Below the pieces are notes generated by a model, which worked only from the letters and a program-made list of their open reading frames with translations, ran no database searches and had not been told where the DNA came from. A DNA stretch of 24,629 nt from Patescibacteria group bacterium (lineage in GTDB: Bacteria > Patescibacteriota > Patescibacteriia > Veblenbacterales > UBA10138), in contig JBMORS010000024.1 of NCBI GenBank assembly GCA_049319925.1, forward strand, positions 1-24,629. Reading direction: 5' to 3'. Below, in pieces: positions 7,064 through 15,391 of this stretch (position 1 is the first letter of the stretch; each line of letters starts with the position of its first letter). Both the position numbers and the translations under genes were made by a program.

Positions 7064-8323
7064 TTAACGAGTATAACTTAAAGGATTAACTCGTCGGCCA
7101 TTTAGGCGAACTTCAAAATGAATATGAGGTCCGGTGGATCGTCCGGTTGAACCCATAGCCGCTATTTCTTGGCCACGGCTAACTCGGTCGCCTTTACTTA
7201 CGAATAATTTACTGCTATGTCCGTAGAGTGTTTGTAGCCCGCCGCCATGATCAACGATTATATAATAGCCGTAGCCGCCGCGGTTCCAACCAGCTACGGA
7301 AACAACACCGTCTTCGGCAGCGTAAATCGGCGTACCAACTTTGTCAGCCACGTCCAAACCAGTATGTCGCCAACTGTAATATTGGGTGATACGTCGCCTA
7401 ACTGTTGGCCATTGTAGTTTGGTGTTGGTTAAGGCGGCACTACTGCCAGAGGGTTGAAGATTGTTTTGGTTGGGCTGGCTGGCAATTGTTGTTCTTGATG
7501 GCGACGGACTGGTTGTTAATGGCTGGGCGCCGGGTATTATAATAGTTTGTCCAATAGTTAGTTTGTCGCTTAAGGGATTGGCTTCAGTGATGGCGTCAAT
7601 GGCTACTCGGTAGCGCTTGGCAATACTAGATAAGTTATCTCCGGATCTTATTTTATAACTAATACCATTAACCGGTAGAATAGTCAGACTTTGTCCTGGT
7701 CTTATTAAACTGCCGCTCCTTAAATTGTTTTCCCATAGCAAAGTATTAAGGCTCAAGCCGAATTGCTTAGCTATACTAGCCAAGGTATCGCCAGGCTGCA
7801 CAGTATATTTTTCTGTTTCTTGGCGTTTAGCTAAACTAGCTTGTGAACTTATTATGTTAGGTTTTAAAACAGCGCCGCCACTTACTAGGGTTAGGGGTAA
7901 GTCAGTGGGTATACCTACTCCCCGTTCGGCGCTGTCAGCTTTAATTTGTAAACTGCTGTTGTTATCTAGCGGTACGGTTGGGCCATAGTCGTCTATAATG
8001 GTGCCGTCAAATTCATTTTTAATCAGAGGGTAAATTAGATTATTTTGTCCGGCGGTCAATTGGCGGCTTAATTGTTTAGCTTGCAGGTTATTAAGACTTA
8101 TAATAAGTCCGCCACAGATTATGGCTATTAAAATAGTTTGTCGGTTTCTTAGTACCAGCCTTAAGTTAAAATCAGGCCAGCTTTGTCTTAATTTACGGTG
8201 CCAGCGTAGGTAAAAATCATAAGGCCAAACAACCAAAACTAACCAACCGGCTTGGCCCAGCGGTTTTAGGATTTTTTTTATTAAACCAGTTGACAAAGCA
8301 AACGGTTTTTTGAGCCAGGGCAT
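7064..8323 (-). CDS. Membrane-anchored LysM x2 / M23 family peptidoglycan metallopeptidase
   Basis: N-terminal TM helix, two LysM repeats (YTVQPGDTLASIA, YKIRSGDNLSSIA), and M23 Zn motifs HTGLD and GPHIHFEV. The exact start codon is uncertain. Confidence 0.93.
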   Translation of the reverse strand: MPWLKKPFALSTGLIKKILKPLGQAGWLVLVVWPYDFYLRWHRKLRQSWPDFNLRLVLRNRQTILIAIICGGLIISLNNLQAKQLSRQLTAGQNNLIYPLIKNEFDGTIIDDYGPTVPLDNNSSLQIKADSAERGVGIPTDLPLTLVSGGAVLKPNIISSQASLAKRQETEKYTVQPGDTLASIAKQFGLSLNTLLWENNLRSGSLIRPGQSLTILPVNGISYKIRSGDNLSSIAKRYRVAIDAITEANPLSDKLTIGQTIIIPGAQPLTTSPSPSRTTIASQPNQNNLQPSGSSAALTNTKLQWPTVRRRITQYYSWRHTGLDVADKVGTPIYAAEDGVVSVAGWNRGGYGYYIIVDHGGGLQTLYGHSSKLFVSKGDRVSRGQEIAAMGSTGRSTGPHIHFEVRLNGRRVNPLSYTR

Positions 8324-8343
8324 TATTTTTTTAAAAAGCGAAA

Positions 8344-8380
8344 TTAATCGCTTAGTCTGGCGCCAGATTATTATGATTAA
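8344..8380 (-). terminator. Hairpin just upstream of the M23 start, followed by a U-rich run on the minus strand
   Basis: TTAATC/GATTAA outer stem and near-palindrome TAGTCTGGCGCCAGATTA (8353-8370). The minus strand continues TTTCGCTTTTT. Confidence 0.35.
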
Positions 8381-8449
8381 ATGTTTACTGATATTGGTAA
8401 ATCCCTTGTTCGTTTAGTTTAAACAGCTATGACAAAATAAAATAATCAG

Positions 8450-8550
8450 CCTGCCCGACATAGCCTGTTGTTGATTAACCTTAAGCACCTAGTGTTATTT
8501 ATTCACTCACTAGAATTATTCAACCAGACTACAGTCAGATGGCAGGCGGG
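8450..8550 (+). repeat. ~100-bp repeat unit 1
   Basis: CCTGCCCGACATAGCCTGT...TTATTCACTCACTAG...ACAGTCAGATGGCAGGCGGG; shares conserved blocks with units 2 and 3. Confidence 0.85.
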
Positions 8551-8655
8551 CCTGCCTGACATAAGTCTGTGTTTAACTAGCCGTTGGAATAATTAAGCGT
8601 TTATAGGTCGCTTATTTTTCCACTAATATTTAAGGATAGTCTAGTGACAGGCGAG
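8551..8655 (+). repeat. ~100-bp repeat unit 2 (tandem with unit 1)
   Basis: CCTGCCTGACATAAGTCTGT...TCGCTTATTTTTCCACTAATATTTAAGGATAGTCTAGTGACAGGCGAG; the 3' half aligns gap-free with the reverse complement of unit 3. Confidence 0.8.
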
Positions 8656-8706
8656 TCGCTTTTTAAAGCCGCTTGACCAAACGATTTAAGTAAACAAGTG
8701 ATTTAT

Positions 8707-8735
8707 AACATACCATTTTATACCCTCTGGGTCAA
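8707..8735 (-). promoter_or_regulatory. Putative promoter pointing toward the M23 gene
   Basis: Minus strand TTGACC (8735-8730) - 17 bp - TATGTT (8712-8707) with extended -10 TG. Confidence 0.55.
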
Positions 8736-8761
8736 AGTAAATAAAAAGAATTAAGAATCAA

Positions 8762-8855
8762 AATTCGCTGGTTGGTGAAACGAATTAAGGTAAATTTTTA
8801 TACGCTGTTAATACCTTTTAAAAAACCGTGATTTGCTCCGCTGGTTGGCGAATCG
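8762..8855. repeat. Two 17-bp direct repeats, each within a small hairpin
   Basis: CGCTGGTTGGTGAAACG (8766-8782) and CGCTGGTTGGCGAATCG (8839-8855), 2 mismatches, 73 bp apart. Confidence 0.6.
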
Positions 8856-8892
8856 TGCTTCGTGATTCTAAATTAAAATTTTTAGACATTAA

Positions 8893-8995
8893 CCCGCCTG
8901 CCATTGGACTGTACTTAAGTATTAGTGTGTGAATAAGCGATATTTAAAAAACTTAGGTTTAATCATTATTTAAGGTACAGGCTATGTCGGGCAGG
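8893..8995 (-). repeat. ~100-bp repeat unit 3 (inverted relative to units 1 and 2)
   Basis: 8977-8995 is the perfect 19-bp reverse complement of 8450-8468; 8893-8904 is the reverse complement of 8539-8550. Confidence 0.85.
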
Positions 8996-9030
8996 GATTT
9001 AGGATTTAATAAATTTACTCCCCTTACTTC

Positions 9031-9060
9031 TTGTCTTAAAGTGTTTTAAAATGCTAGCAT
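9031..9060 (+). promoter_or_regulatory. Putative leuS promoter
   Basis: TTGTCT (9031-9036) - 18 bp - TAGCAT (9055-9060) with extended -10 TG. It overlaps the track's ATG 9051, which argues for a downstream start. Confidence 0.45.
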
Positions 9061-9092
9061 TATATAAGCCTAAGCAATTAATTAACGGTTTT

Positions 9093-11555
9093 ATGGTGAA
9101 GTATGATCATGAGTCTGTAGAGGCTAAGTGGCAAAAGATTTGGCAGGATAATAATTATTATCAAGCTGATGATAATTCAACCAAGCCTAAAAAGTACGTT
9201 TTGGATATGTTTCCTTACCCATCGGGTGCTGGTTTACATGTCGGACACGTGGAAAGTTACACAGCAGCTGACATTATTAGTCGCTATTTAAGACTTAAGG
9301 GTTTTGAGGTTTTGCATCCCATGGGTTGGGATTCTTTTGGTTTGCCAGCGGAAAATTATGCGATTAAACAAAAAATCCATCCTCGGTTAGTTACGCAAGA
9401 CAATATTAATCGTTTTCGTCAGCAATTAAAACGTTTGGGTTGTTCTTATGATTGGTCCAGAGAAGTTAGTACCTCAGAACCAGATTATTATCATTGGACA
9501 CAGTGGATATTTTTAAAACTTTTTTCTAAGGGCTTGGCTTATCAAGCAGTTGTACCTATTAACTGGTGTCCGTCTTGTCAGACCGGACTGGCTAACGAAG
9601 AAGTAGTGGAGGGGGTTTGTGAGCGTTGTCAGACGCCAGTAGAAAAAAAACAGAAGAAACAATGGCTTTTAAAAATTACTGATTATGCTGATCGGTTGCT
9701 TAAGGACCTGTCTACTCTAGATTGGCCGGAAAAAATAAAGACCATGCAAGCCAATTGGATAGGTCGTTCCGAAGGTGCCCATATTAAATTTAAGTTAGTA
9801 GATGATGATTTTTTTATTTCTGTCTTTTCTACCCGACCCGATACTTTGTTTGGTGTGACTTATTTGGTAGTAGCGCCTGAGTATTCGCAACTTGATAAAT
9901 TGGTTAGGTTGGAACAGCGTAGTGAGGTGGGTCGTTATATAGAAAAAGTTAAAGGAGTCAGTGAGTATGATCGAACGGATTTTAAAAGAAAAAAAACCGG
10001 AGTTTTTACAGGCAGTTATGCTATTAATCCGGCTACTAACCAACCAGTACCAATTTGGGTAGCTGATTATGTGTTGGCTTCTTATGGCACAGGCGCTGTT
10101 ATGGCCGTGCCAGCTCATGATGAAAGAGACTTTGCGTTTGCTCAAAAGTTTGGTTTACCAGAAAGAGAAGTTATTGTGCCAGTTAATTCAGTTAGGCGAA
10201 CTGTTCGTAAAGCTTATTTAGGTGAAGGTCGGTTGGTCGATTCCGGGCAATTTACCAGATTATCTTCAGAAGTAGCTCGTCAGCGGATAACTAGTTGGTT
10301 AAAAGATAACGATTTAGGCGAGCCGGCTGTTAATTATAAACTTAAGGATTGGGTTTTTTCCAGACAGCGTTATTGGGGAGAACCAATTCCTATAATTCAT
10401 TGTTCGACCTGTGGTACTTTACCCGTAGCGGAAAAAGATTTGCCAGTGACTCTACCAGATGTGGAATTCTATCAACCATCAGGAACCGGTGAATCGCCTT
10501 TGGCTAATATTGTTGATTGGGTTCAGACAGTTTGTCCTAAATGCGGCCAACCAGCTAGTCGAGAAACAGATACTATGCCTCAATGGGCTGGTTCTTCTTG
10601 GTATTGGTTAAGATTTTGTGATCCCCATAACAAAGAAGCAATTTTTAGTTCCAAGGCCTCGTCTCATTGGGCGCCGGTGGATATTTATATCGGTGGTGCT
10701 GAGCATGCGGTTTTACATTTATTGTATGCTAGATTTTGGCATAAGTTTTTGTATGACCTTAAGTTAGTTAATCATAGTGAACCGTTTTTGAGATTAGTTA
10801 ATCAGGGCATAATTTTAGCTGCGGATGGCCGTAAAATGTCCAAGAGTTTTGGTAATGTAGTTAATCCGGATGAGGTTATAGCTACTTGGGGGGCTGATTG
10901 TTTGCGTTTATTTGAAATGTTTTTAGGTCCACTGGAAGATGCTAAGCCCTGGCAGGACAAAGGTATTGTTGGTTTAAGAAGATTTTTGGAAAAAGTTTGG
11001 AATTTAGGACAAGATCTTTCGACTAAATCGGCTGATTTGGCAGTTAGTGATTTAGAAGAGTCAGCTGATTTTTCACATCAACTTAATTTTACAATAAAAA
11101 AAGTTACCGCTGATATAGAATCTTTTCGTTTTAATACAGCCATCAGCAGTTTGATGGAGTTTACTAATTATTTAACAGCTACCAAAAATAAAGAGTCCTT
11201 AGGAGCCCGTCTACTTGGCTTTAAAAACCTTTTAATTTTACTTTATCCTTTGGCACCTCATATTACTAGTGAATTATGGGAATTGAGTCAGTCCAAATTA
11301 GGTTCGGCGGAACCTATAGATCAACAAACTTGGCCAGCTTATCAGTCAGCAGCTTTACAAAAACAGTCTGCGGTGTTGGCCGTTCAGGTTAACGGTAAAT
11401 TGAGAGGACAATTGAATTGTTCTCATAATTTATCAGAAGCCGAGATTGTTAGCCAAGCCCAACAATTGCCAATCGTAGCTAAATACATAACGGATAAAAA
11501 AATAAAAAAAGCTATTTATGTGCCGGGTAAAATAATAAATTTTGTGATTGGTTAG
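9093..11555 (+). CDS. leuS: Leucine--tRNA ligase
   Basis: DMFPYPSGAGLHVGH (HIGH), CP1 editing motif GTGAVMAVPAHDERD, and KMSKS. Start placed at ATG 9093 (MVKYDH...), where LeuRS similarity begins. Confidence 0.98.
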   Translation: MVKYDHESVEAKWQKIWQDNNYYQADDNSTKPKKYVLDMFPYPSGAGLHVGHVESYTAADIISRYLRLKGFEVLHPMGWDSFGLPAENYAIKQKIHPRLVTQDNINRFRQQLKRLGCSYDWSREVSTSEPDYYHWTQWIFLKLFSKGLAYQAVVPINWCPSCQTGLANEEVVEGVCERCQTPVEKKQKKQWLLKITDYADRLLKDLSTLDWPEKIKTMQANWIGRSEGAHIKFKLVDDDFFISVFSTRPDTLFGVTYLVVAPEYSQLDKLVRLEQRSEVGRYIEKVKGVSEYDRTDFKRKKTGVFTGSYAINPATNQPVPIWVADYVLASYGTGAVMAVPAHDERDFAFAQKFGLPEREVIVPVNSVRRTVRKAYLGEGRLVDSGQFTRLSSEVARQRITSWLKDNDLGEPAVNYKLKDWVFSRQRYWGEPIPIIHCSTCGTLPVAEKDLPVTLPDVEFYQPSGTGESPLANIVDWVQTVCPKCGQPASRETDTMPQWAGSSWYWLRFCDPHNKEAIFSSKASSHWAPVDIYIGGAEHAVLHLLYARFWHKFLYDLKLVNHSEPFLRLVNQGIILAADGRKMSKSFGNVVNPDEVIATWGADCLRLFEMFLGPLEDAKPWQDKGIVGLRRFLEKVWNLGQDLSTKSADLAVSDLEESADFSHQLNFTIKKVTADIESFRFNTAISSLMEFTNYLTATKNKESLGARLLGFKNLLILLYPLAPHITSELWELSQSKLGSAEPIDQQTWPAYQSAALQKQSAVLAVQVNGKLRGQLNCSHNLSEAEIVSQAQQLPIVAKYITDKKIKKAIYVPGKIINFVIG

Positions 11556-11577
11556 TCTTGGACAGGCAAGATAATTT

Positions 11578-12201
11578 ATGTTTTTTTTAAGCAAATCGGC
11601 CAAAGATATTAATAAGCTAGTTGCTTTATTAAAGGCTGGTCAAGTTGTGGCCGGACCAACCGAGACAGCTTATGGTCTATTAGCCGACGCTACTAATCCC
11701 CAGGCGGTCAAGAAAGTTTTTTCTATTAAAGGGCGGCCGGCGCGGAAGCCTTGCCCAGTAGTTGTAGCTAATTTAGCTATGGCTAAAAAATCAGCCAAGT
11801 TTGATAGTAAAGCTTTAATTTTAGCGCGTCATTTTTGGCCCGGTCCTTTAACTTTGGTTTTGCCAACTTTACCATCAGGTTGGCCAAGACAACTTTTAGC
11901 CGGGCAAACTGCCATAGGTTTACGCCTGCCCGGATCTTTATGGTTACGACATTTAGTTACTCGCTTAGGCCGGCCCTTAACAATTACTTCAGCTAATTTG
12001 TCGGGTCAGCCAGTTTTATACGATTATAAATTGGTGGTTAATCAGTTATCCAGCCAAGGTCTTAAATATGTAGTTAAAGCCAGGCGTTTGCCTATTAGGC
12101 CGGTTTCTACGGTTATTAGGGTTAGGGCTAAGGGTTTTAAGTTTTTAAGATTGGGTGCAATTTCCCAAGCTAGAATAGAGAGTGTGATAAGATATAAGTA
12201 A
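11578..12201 (+). CDS. tsaC: L-threonylcarbamoyladenylate synthase (TsaC/YrdC type, no Sua5 C-terminal domain)
   Basis: PTETAYGL, FSIKGRP, FWPGPLTLVL and TSANLSG motifs. Confidence 0.93.
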   Translation: MFFLSKSAKDINKLVALLKAGQVVAGPTETAYGLLADATNPQAVKKVFSIKGRPARKPCPVVVANLAMAKKSAKFDSKALILARHFWPGPLTLVLPTLPSGWPRQLLAGQTAIGLRLPGSLWLRHLVTRLGRPLTITSANLSGQPVLYDYKLVVNQLSSQGLKYVVKARRLPIRPVSTVIRVRAKGFKFLRLGAISQARIESVIRYK

Positions 12202-12357
12202 TAGAAATACTAATTTCTAATATCTAAATTTTAAATAAATCCTAATTTAATCAATGATTAATTTTTATTGAATGTTTTAATTAAAAAATTTATAAATTGA
12301 TTAAAAATTGAAAATTTAAAATTACTATGCCTTAGGTATCATTTAAATTTTAGGATT
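12202..12357. repeat. AT-rich nested inverted repeats with ~7-nt periodicity
   Basis: TAGAAAT/ATTTCTA (12202-12219), AATTTTAAAT/ATTTAAAATT (12227-12236/12314-12323), TTTAATCAAT/ATTGATTAAA (12246-12255/12296-12305). Confidence 0.55.
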
Positions 12358-12368
12358 TTGATTTCATT

Positions 12369-13529
12369 ATGCTTCATCAATTTGCTTTAAGTTTTGGTCG
12401 ATTGTTTCCTAGCCGCTTGGCTCGTCAGGTTAAAGAATTGTATCTGGCCACTATTTTACAGTCTTTGGCTTTGGCCATGGTGATTATTTTTGAGCCGATT
12501 TATTTGTGGCAGCAAGGTTTGGGACTTAGGGGGATATTATTTTTTTATTTATTAGTTTACGGTTTATACATTCTGGTTATGCCCCTAGGCGCCAGATTGG
12601 CTAATCAGTTAGGTTATGAAACTTCCATTGCCTTATCAACCGTAGCTCAAACCATTTATTTACTGACTTTGTTTTTGTCAGCCTGGTCTTGGTGGTGGTT
12701 GCTTGTTACTGTTGTGGCTTATGCTTGGCAAAAAAGTTTGTATTGGCCGGCTTATCATGCTGATTTTGCTTGTAATTCGTCAGCAGAAGAAGAAGGTCGG
12801 GAATTAAGTGGTCTATCAGTTTGTATAGCTTTTGTTTATGTATTAGGTCCACTTTTAGCCGGGCTATTGCTGACATTTACTTCTTGGTTATGGTTGTTTG
12901 TTTTAAGCAGTTTAATATTATTGTTGTCTAATTGGCCGCTGCTTAGAACCAGAGAGATTTTTAAACCAACCGATTTTCCTTATTTAGCTACTTATCGTCA
13001 GGTATTTAGTTCAGCTAACTGGCGTAGTTTGCTGGCTTATGTGGGTTTTGGGGAAGAATTGATAGTCATGGTAATTTGGCCGGTTTTTATAGCTATAGTT
13101 ATAGTTAATTATGCAGAAATAGGCGCAGTAGTGGCTGCTTCCACCTTGGTAATGGCTTTGGTTACTTTGTATGTAGGTAAATTGAGCGACGAGCAAGATG
13201 CTGGTCGGGTTTTACGTTGGTCAGTTTTATTTTATTTTTTAAGCTGGTTGGGCCGTTTGTTTGTTCGGTTGCCTTTTTCGGTTTTTATAGTAGATGCCTG
13301 GTCTAGGGTATCTAAGAACGCCGTTATTATTCCTTTAATGTCCATAACTTATCGTCATTCCAAAAAAACACAGGTAATGTACGGCGGAGTTTTTTTAGAA
13401 ATGAGTTTAGCAGTTGGTAAAATAGTTGCCGCTTTATTACTTTTGGTGGTTTTTAGTTTTGCTGAACCCTGGACGGCAGCCTGGTTGACTGGGGCGGTCA
13501 TGACCTTGCTTTATTTATTGTTGAAATAG
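12369..13529 (+). CDS. Major facilitator superfamily transporter, substrate unknown
   Basis: About 12 hydrophobic segments; motif-A-like loops (GARLANQLGYE, GKLSDEQDAGR). Confidence 0.85.
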   Translation: MLHQFALSFGRLFPSRLARQVKELYLATILQSLALAMVIIFEPIYLWQQGLGLRGILFFYLLVYGLYILVMPLGARLANQLGYETSIALSTVAQTIYLLTLFLSAWSWWWLLVTVVAYAWQKSLYWPAYHADFACNSSAEEEGRELSGLSVCIAFVYVLGPLLAGLLLTFTSWLWLFVLSSLILLLSNWPLLRTREIFKPTDFPYLATYRQVFSSANWRSLLAYVGFGEELIVMVIWPVFIAIVIVNYAEIGAVVAASTLVMALVTLYVGKLSDEQDAGRVLRWSVLFYFLSWLGRLFVRLPFSVFIVDAWSRVSKNAVIIPLMSITYRHSKKTQVMYGGVFLEMSLAVGKIVAALLLLVVFSFAEPWTAAWLTGAVMTLLYLLLK

Positions 13530-13565
13530 AAAATAGAATCCTGAATTAGGATTTTTAATTATATT

Positions 13566-14453
13566 ATGCTGCCGGATAATTTATTAAGTTGGACTAAGGC
13601 TTTGGTAAAAAAATATCATCTTAAACCCGGCCAGCGTTTAGGGCAGCATTTTTTAATAGACAAATCAGTTATACAAACTATTTTGGACACCGCTGAGTTA
13701 AAACCCGGTCAGCCGGTTTTAGAGGTCGGTGGTGGTTTGGGTACTTTAACTTTATTTTTATTGGCAGCTGGCGTTAATTTAACCGTGGTGGAATTAGACA
13801 GCCAGTTAAAATCGGTTTTAGATGAGTATAAAAAAACCAGTCCTAATCTTAAAGTAATTTTGGCTGATATTTTAAAAATAAGTGATCAATCTGTAAAAGA
13901 CAGCTTGCAGTTAACTTCGGATCAGCCTTGGTTTTTGTTAGCCAATTTACCTTATGAAATAACCGGCGCTTTTTTGCGTCGTTGGTTGTCTGGAAATTTT
14001 AAACCTAATTTAATGGTTTTATTGTTGCAGCGTGAAGTTGCCGAGCGTCTGGTTGCTCCGCCCGGTCAACTTAGCTTGTTGGGCCTTCAGGCCCAGTTGA
14101 ATGCTCAGGTTAAGTTAGTGAAAAAAGTAAAACGAGGTGCTTTTTTGCCACCACCCAAAGTGGAATCATCTGTAGTCAGCTTATCTATTTATTCTCAAGA
14201 TCAAAAAAATGAATTGCTTGATGGTTTGTCAGAAGATTTTTTTTGGCAGGTAGCTCATATTGGTTTTTCTACCAAACGCAAGCAGTTGCTTAATAGTTTA
14301 AGTCGCGGTTTGGAGATGGACAGAGGGCTGTTGACTGAAATTATTTTATCCCTTGGTTTAAAAATTACCTCTCGGCCGCAGGAATTATCTGTAAAAGATT
14401 GGATTAGGTTATGTAAGAAGCTAATAAAATGCGATTTGAATTTTAAAAAATAG
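13566..14453 (+). CDS. rsmA: 16S rRNA (adenine-N6,N6)-dimethyltransferase KsgA
   Basis: LGQHFLID, EVGGGLG (SAM binding), ANLPYEI, QREVAERL, F.PPPKVES. Confidence 0.97.
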   Translation: MLPDNLLSWTKALVKKYHLKPGQRLGQHFLIDKSVIQTILDTAELKPGQPVLEVGGGLGTLTLFLLAAGVNLTVVELDSQLKSVLDEYKKTSPNLKVILADILKISDQSVKDSLQLTSDQPWFLLANLPYEITGAFLRRWLSGNFKPNLMVLLLQREVAERLVAPPGQLSLLGLQAQLNAQVKLVKKVKRGAFLPPPKVESSVVSLSIYSQDQKNELLDGLSEDFFWQVAHIGFSTKRKQLLNSLSRGLEMDRGLLTEIILSLGLKITSRPQELSVKDWIRLCKKLIKCDLNFKK

Positions 14454-14562
14454 GAATAATAATAAATAGGCGAGAATCCGCTATTCTTAATTAAAATCTG
14501 GTAATAATTATAGGCTAGTGGCTAGGTATTAATATTAGTTGTTTATTTAGGATTTTGTTTTA

Positions 14563-14591
14563 TTGACTTTTGGGCTTTGATGTGATATAAT
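14563..14591 (+). promoter_or_regulatory. Near-consensus sigma70 promoter of the membrane protein / giant protein unit
   Basis: TTGACT (14563-14568) - 17 bp - TATAAT (14586-14591) with extended -10 TG at 14583-14584. Confidence 0.85.
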
Positions 14592-14668
14592 TCAGCTATC
14601 TTTTACAGAATGTTTAGTGTTTTATTTGAGCCCGTTAGATGTTTTAAATCTAGTTAATAGATATACTA

Positions 14669-15379
14669 ATGGCTAGTCAGGAAAATTTAGAGCAGGATAA
14701 ATTAATGGGCCATAATTTAGGTTTAGGTTTGTTGGCGGTATTGGCGGTGATTTTTGGAATTTGGCAAATTAGAAATTCAATCAGATTGCCATTTGCTCCC
14801 AAAATTTATAATGATGATAGTCAAATGACAGCTGCCAACGAAGCTGTTTTAAGGGCTAGTGATACAGATGGAGATGGTTTATCAGATTATGAGGAAATAA
14901 ATTTTTATCGAAGTAGTATTTATTTAAAAGATACTGATTCCGACGGAGTGGATGATAAAATAGAAGTCGATAAAGGGGAAGATCCTAATTGTCCTCAAGG
15001 CCAAGATTGTCTTAGATTTTCCGCTCCAGTTAGCCAAAATGATTTAACAGAAGATGATTCAATAGCCTTACTTGATCCGCAAGATATCAGGAAAATTTTA
15101 AAAGATAATGGTGCGACTGAGGAAATGTTAAATAAATATAGTGATCAGGAGTTAATTAACATTTATAAGCAGGTGGCTGGGGATACGGGCAGTGCGGTTC
15201 AGACCGGCACTTTGGATACCAGTTTACAACTGACTGAAGAAGAGAAAAGTCTTTTAAGAGGTATGTCGGGTTCTGAATTACGTCAATTTTTAATAAGTGG
15301 TGGAGCTAAAGCTGATGATCTAGTTGGTTTAGACGATAAGGCGCTTCAGGATACGGTTAAACAATTGTTTGGTTTATAA
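14669..15379 (+). CDS. Single-TM protein with thrombospondin type-3-like Ca-binding repeats and a duplicated C-terminal helical motif
   Basis: TM helix LGLGLLAVLAVIFGIW; DTDGDGLSDYEE and DTDSDGVDDKIE DxDxDG repeats; CPQGQDC. Confidence 0.85.
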   Translation: MASQENLEQDKLMGHNLGLGLLAVLAVIFGIWQIRNSIRLPFAPKIYNDDSQMTAANEAVLRASDTDGDGLSDYEEINFYRSSIYLKDTDSDGVDDKIEVDKGEDPNCPQGQDCLRFSAPVSQNDLTEDDSIALLDPQDIRKILKDNGATEEMLNKYSDQELINIYKQVAGDTGSAVQTGTLDTSLQLTEEEKSLLRGMSGSELRQFLISGGAKADDLVGLDDKALQDTVKQLFGL

Positions 15380-15391
15380 TTAAATTGAATC

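Noticed and set aside
8450-8995. CRISPR array or integron attC cassettes
   Set aside because: The units are about 100 bp with internal conserved blocks and mixed orientation. There is no repeat-spacer periodicity, no cas or intI gene, and no convincing RYYYAAC/GTTRRRY ends.
8760-9092. T-box riboswitch upstream of leuS
   Set aside because: No T-box consensus (GGTGGnACCGCG) or terminator, and the likely leuS promoter leaves a leader of only about 25 nt.
9051-9092. Track start codons for leuS (9051) and dksA/traR (4715)
   Set aside because: The leuS one overlaps its predicted promoter and the dksA one lies about 10 nt from the TSS. Family similarity starts at the downstream ATGs 9093 and 4739.
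5190-13196. Short track ORFs 5190-5402, 6141-6401, 7725-7988, 9795-10145 and 13011-13196
   Set aside because: Each lies wholly within a well-supported gene on the opposite strand and has no protein-like features.
12350-13553. Recurrent TAGGATTTT upstream of the MFS and rsmA starts (also near 9000 and 14550)
   Set aside because: A short AT-rich 9-mer that is plausibly a weak AGGA ribosome-binding site or chance. Significance cannot be shown without genome-wide counts.
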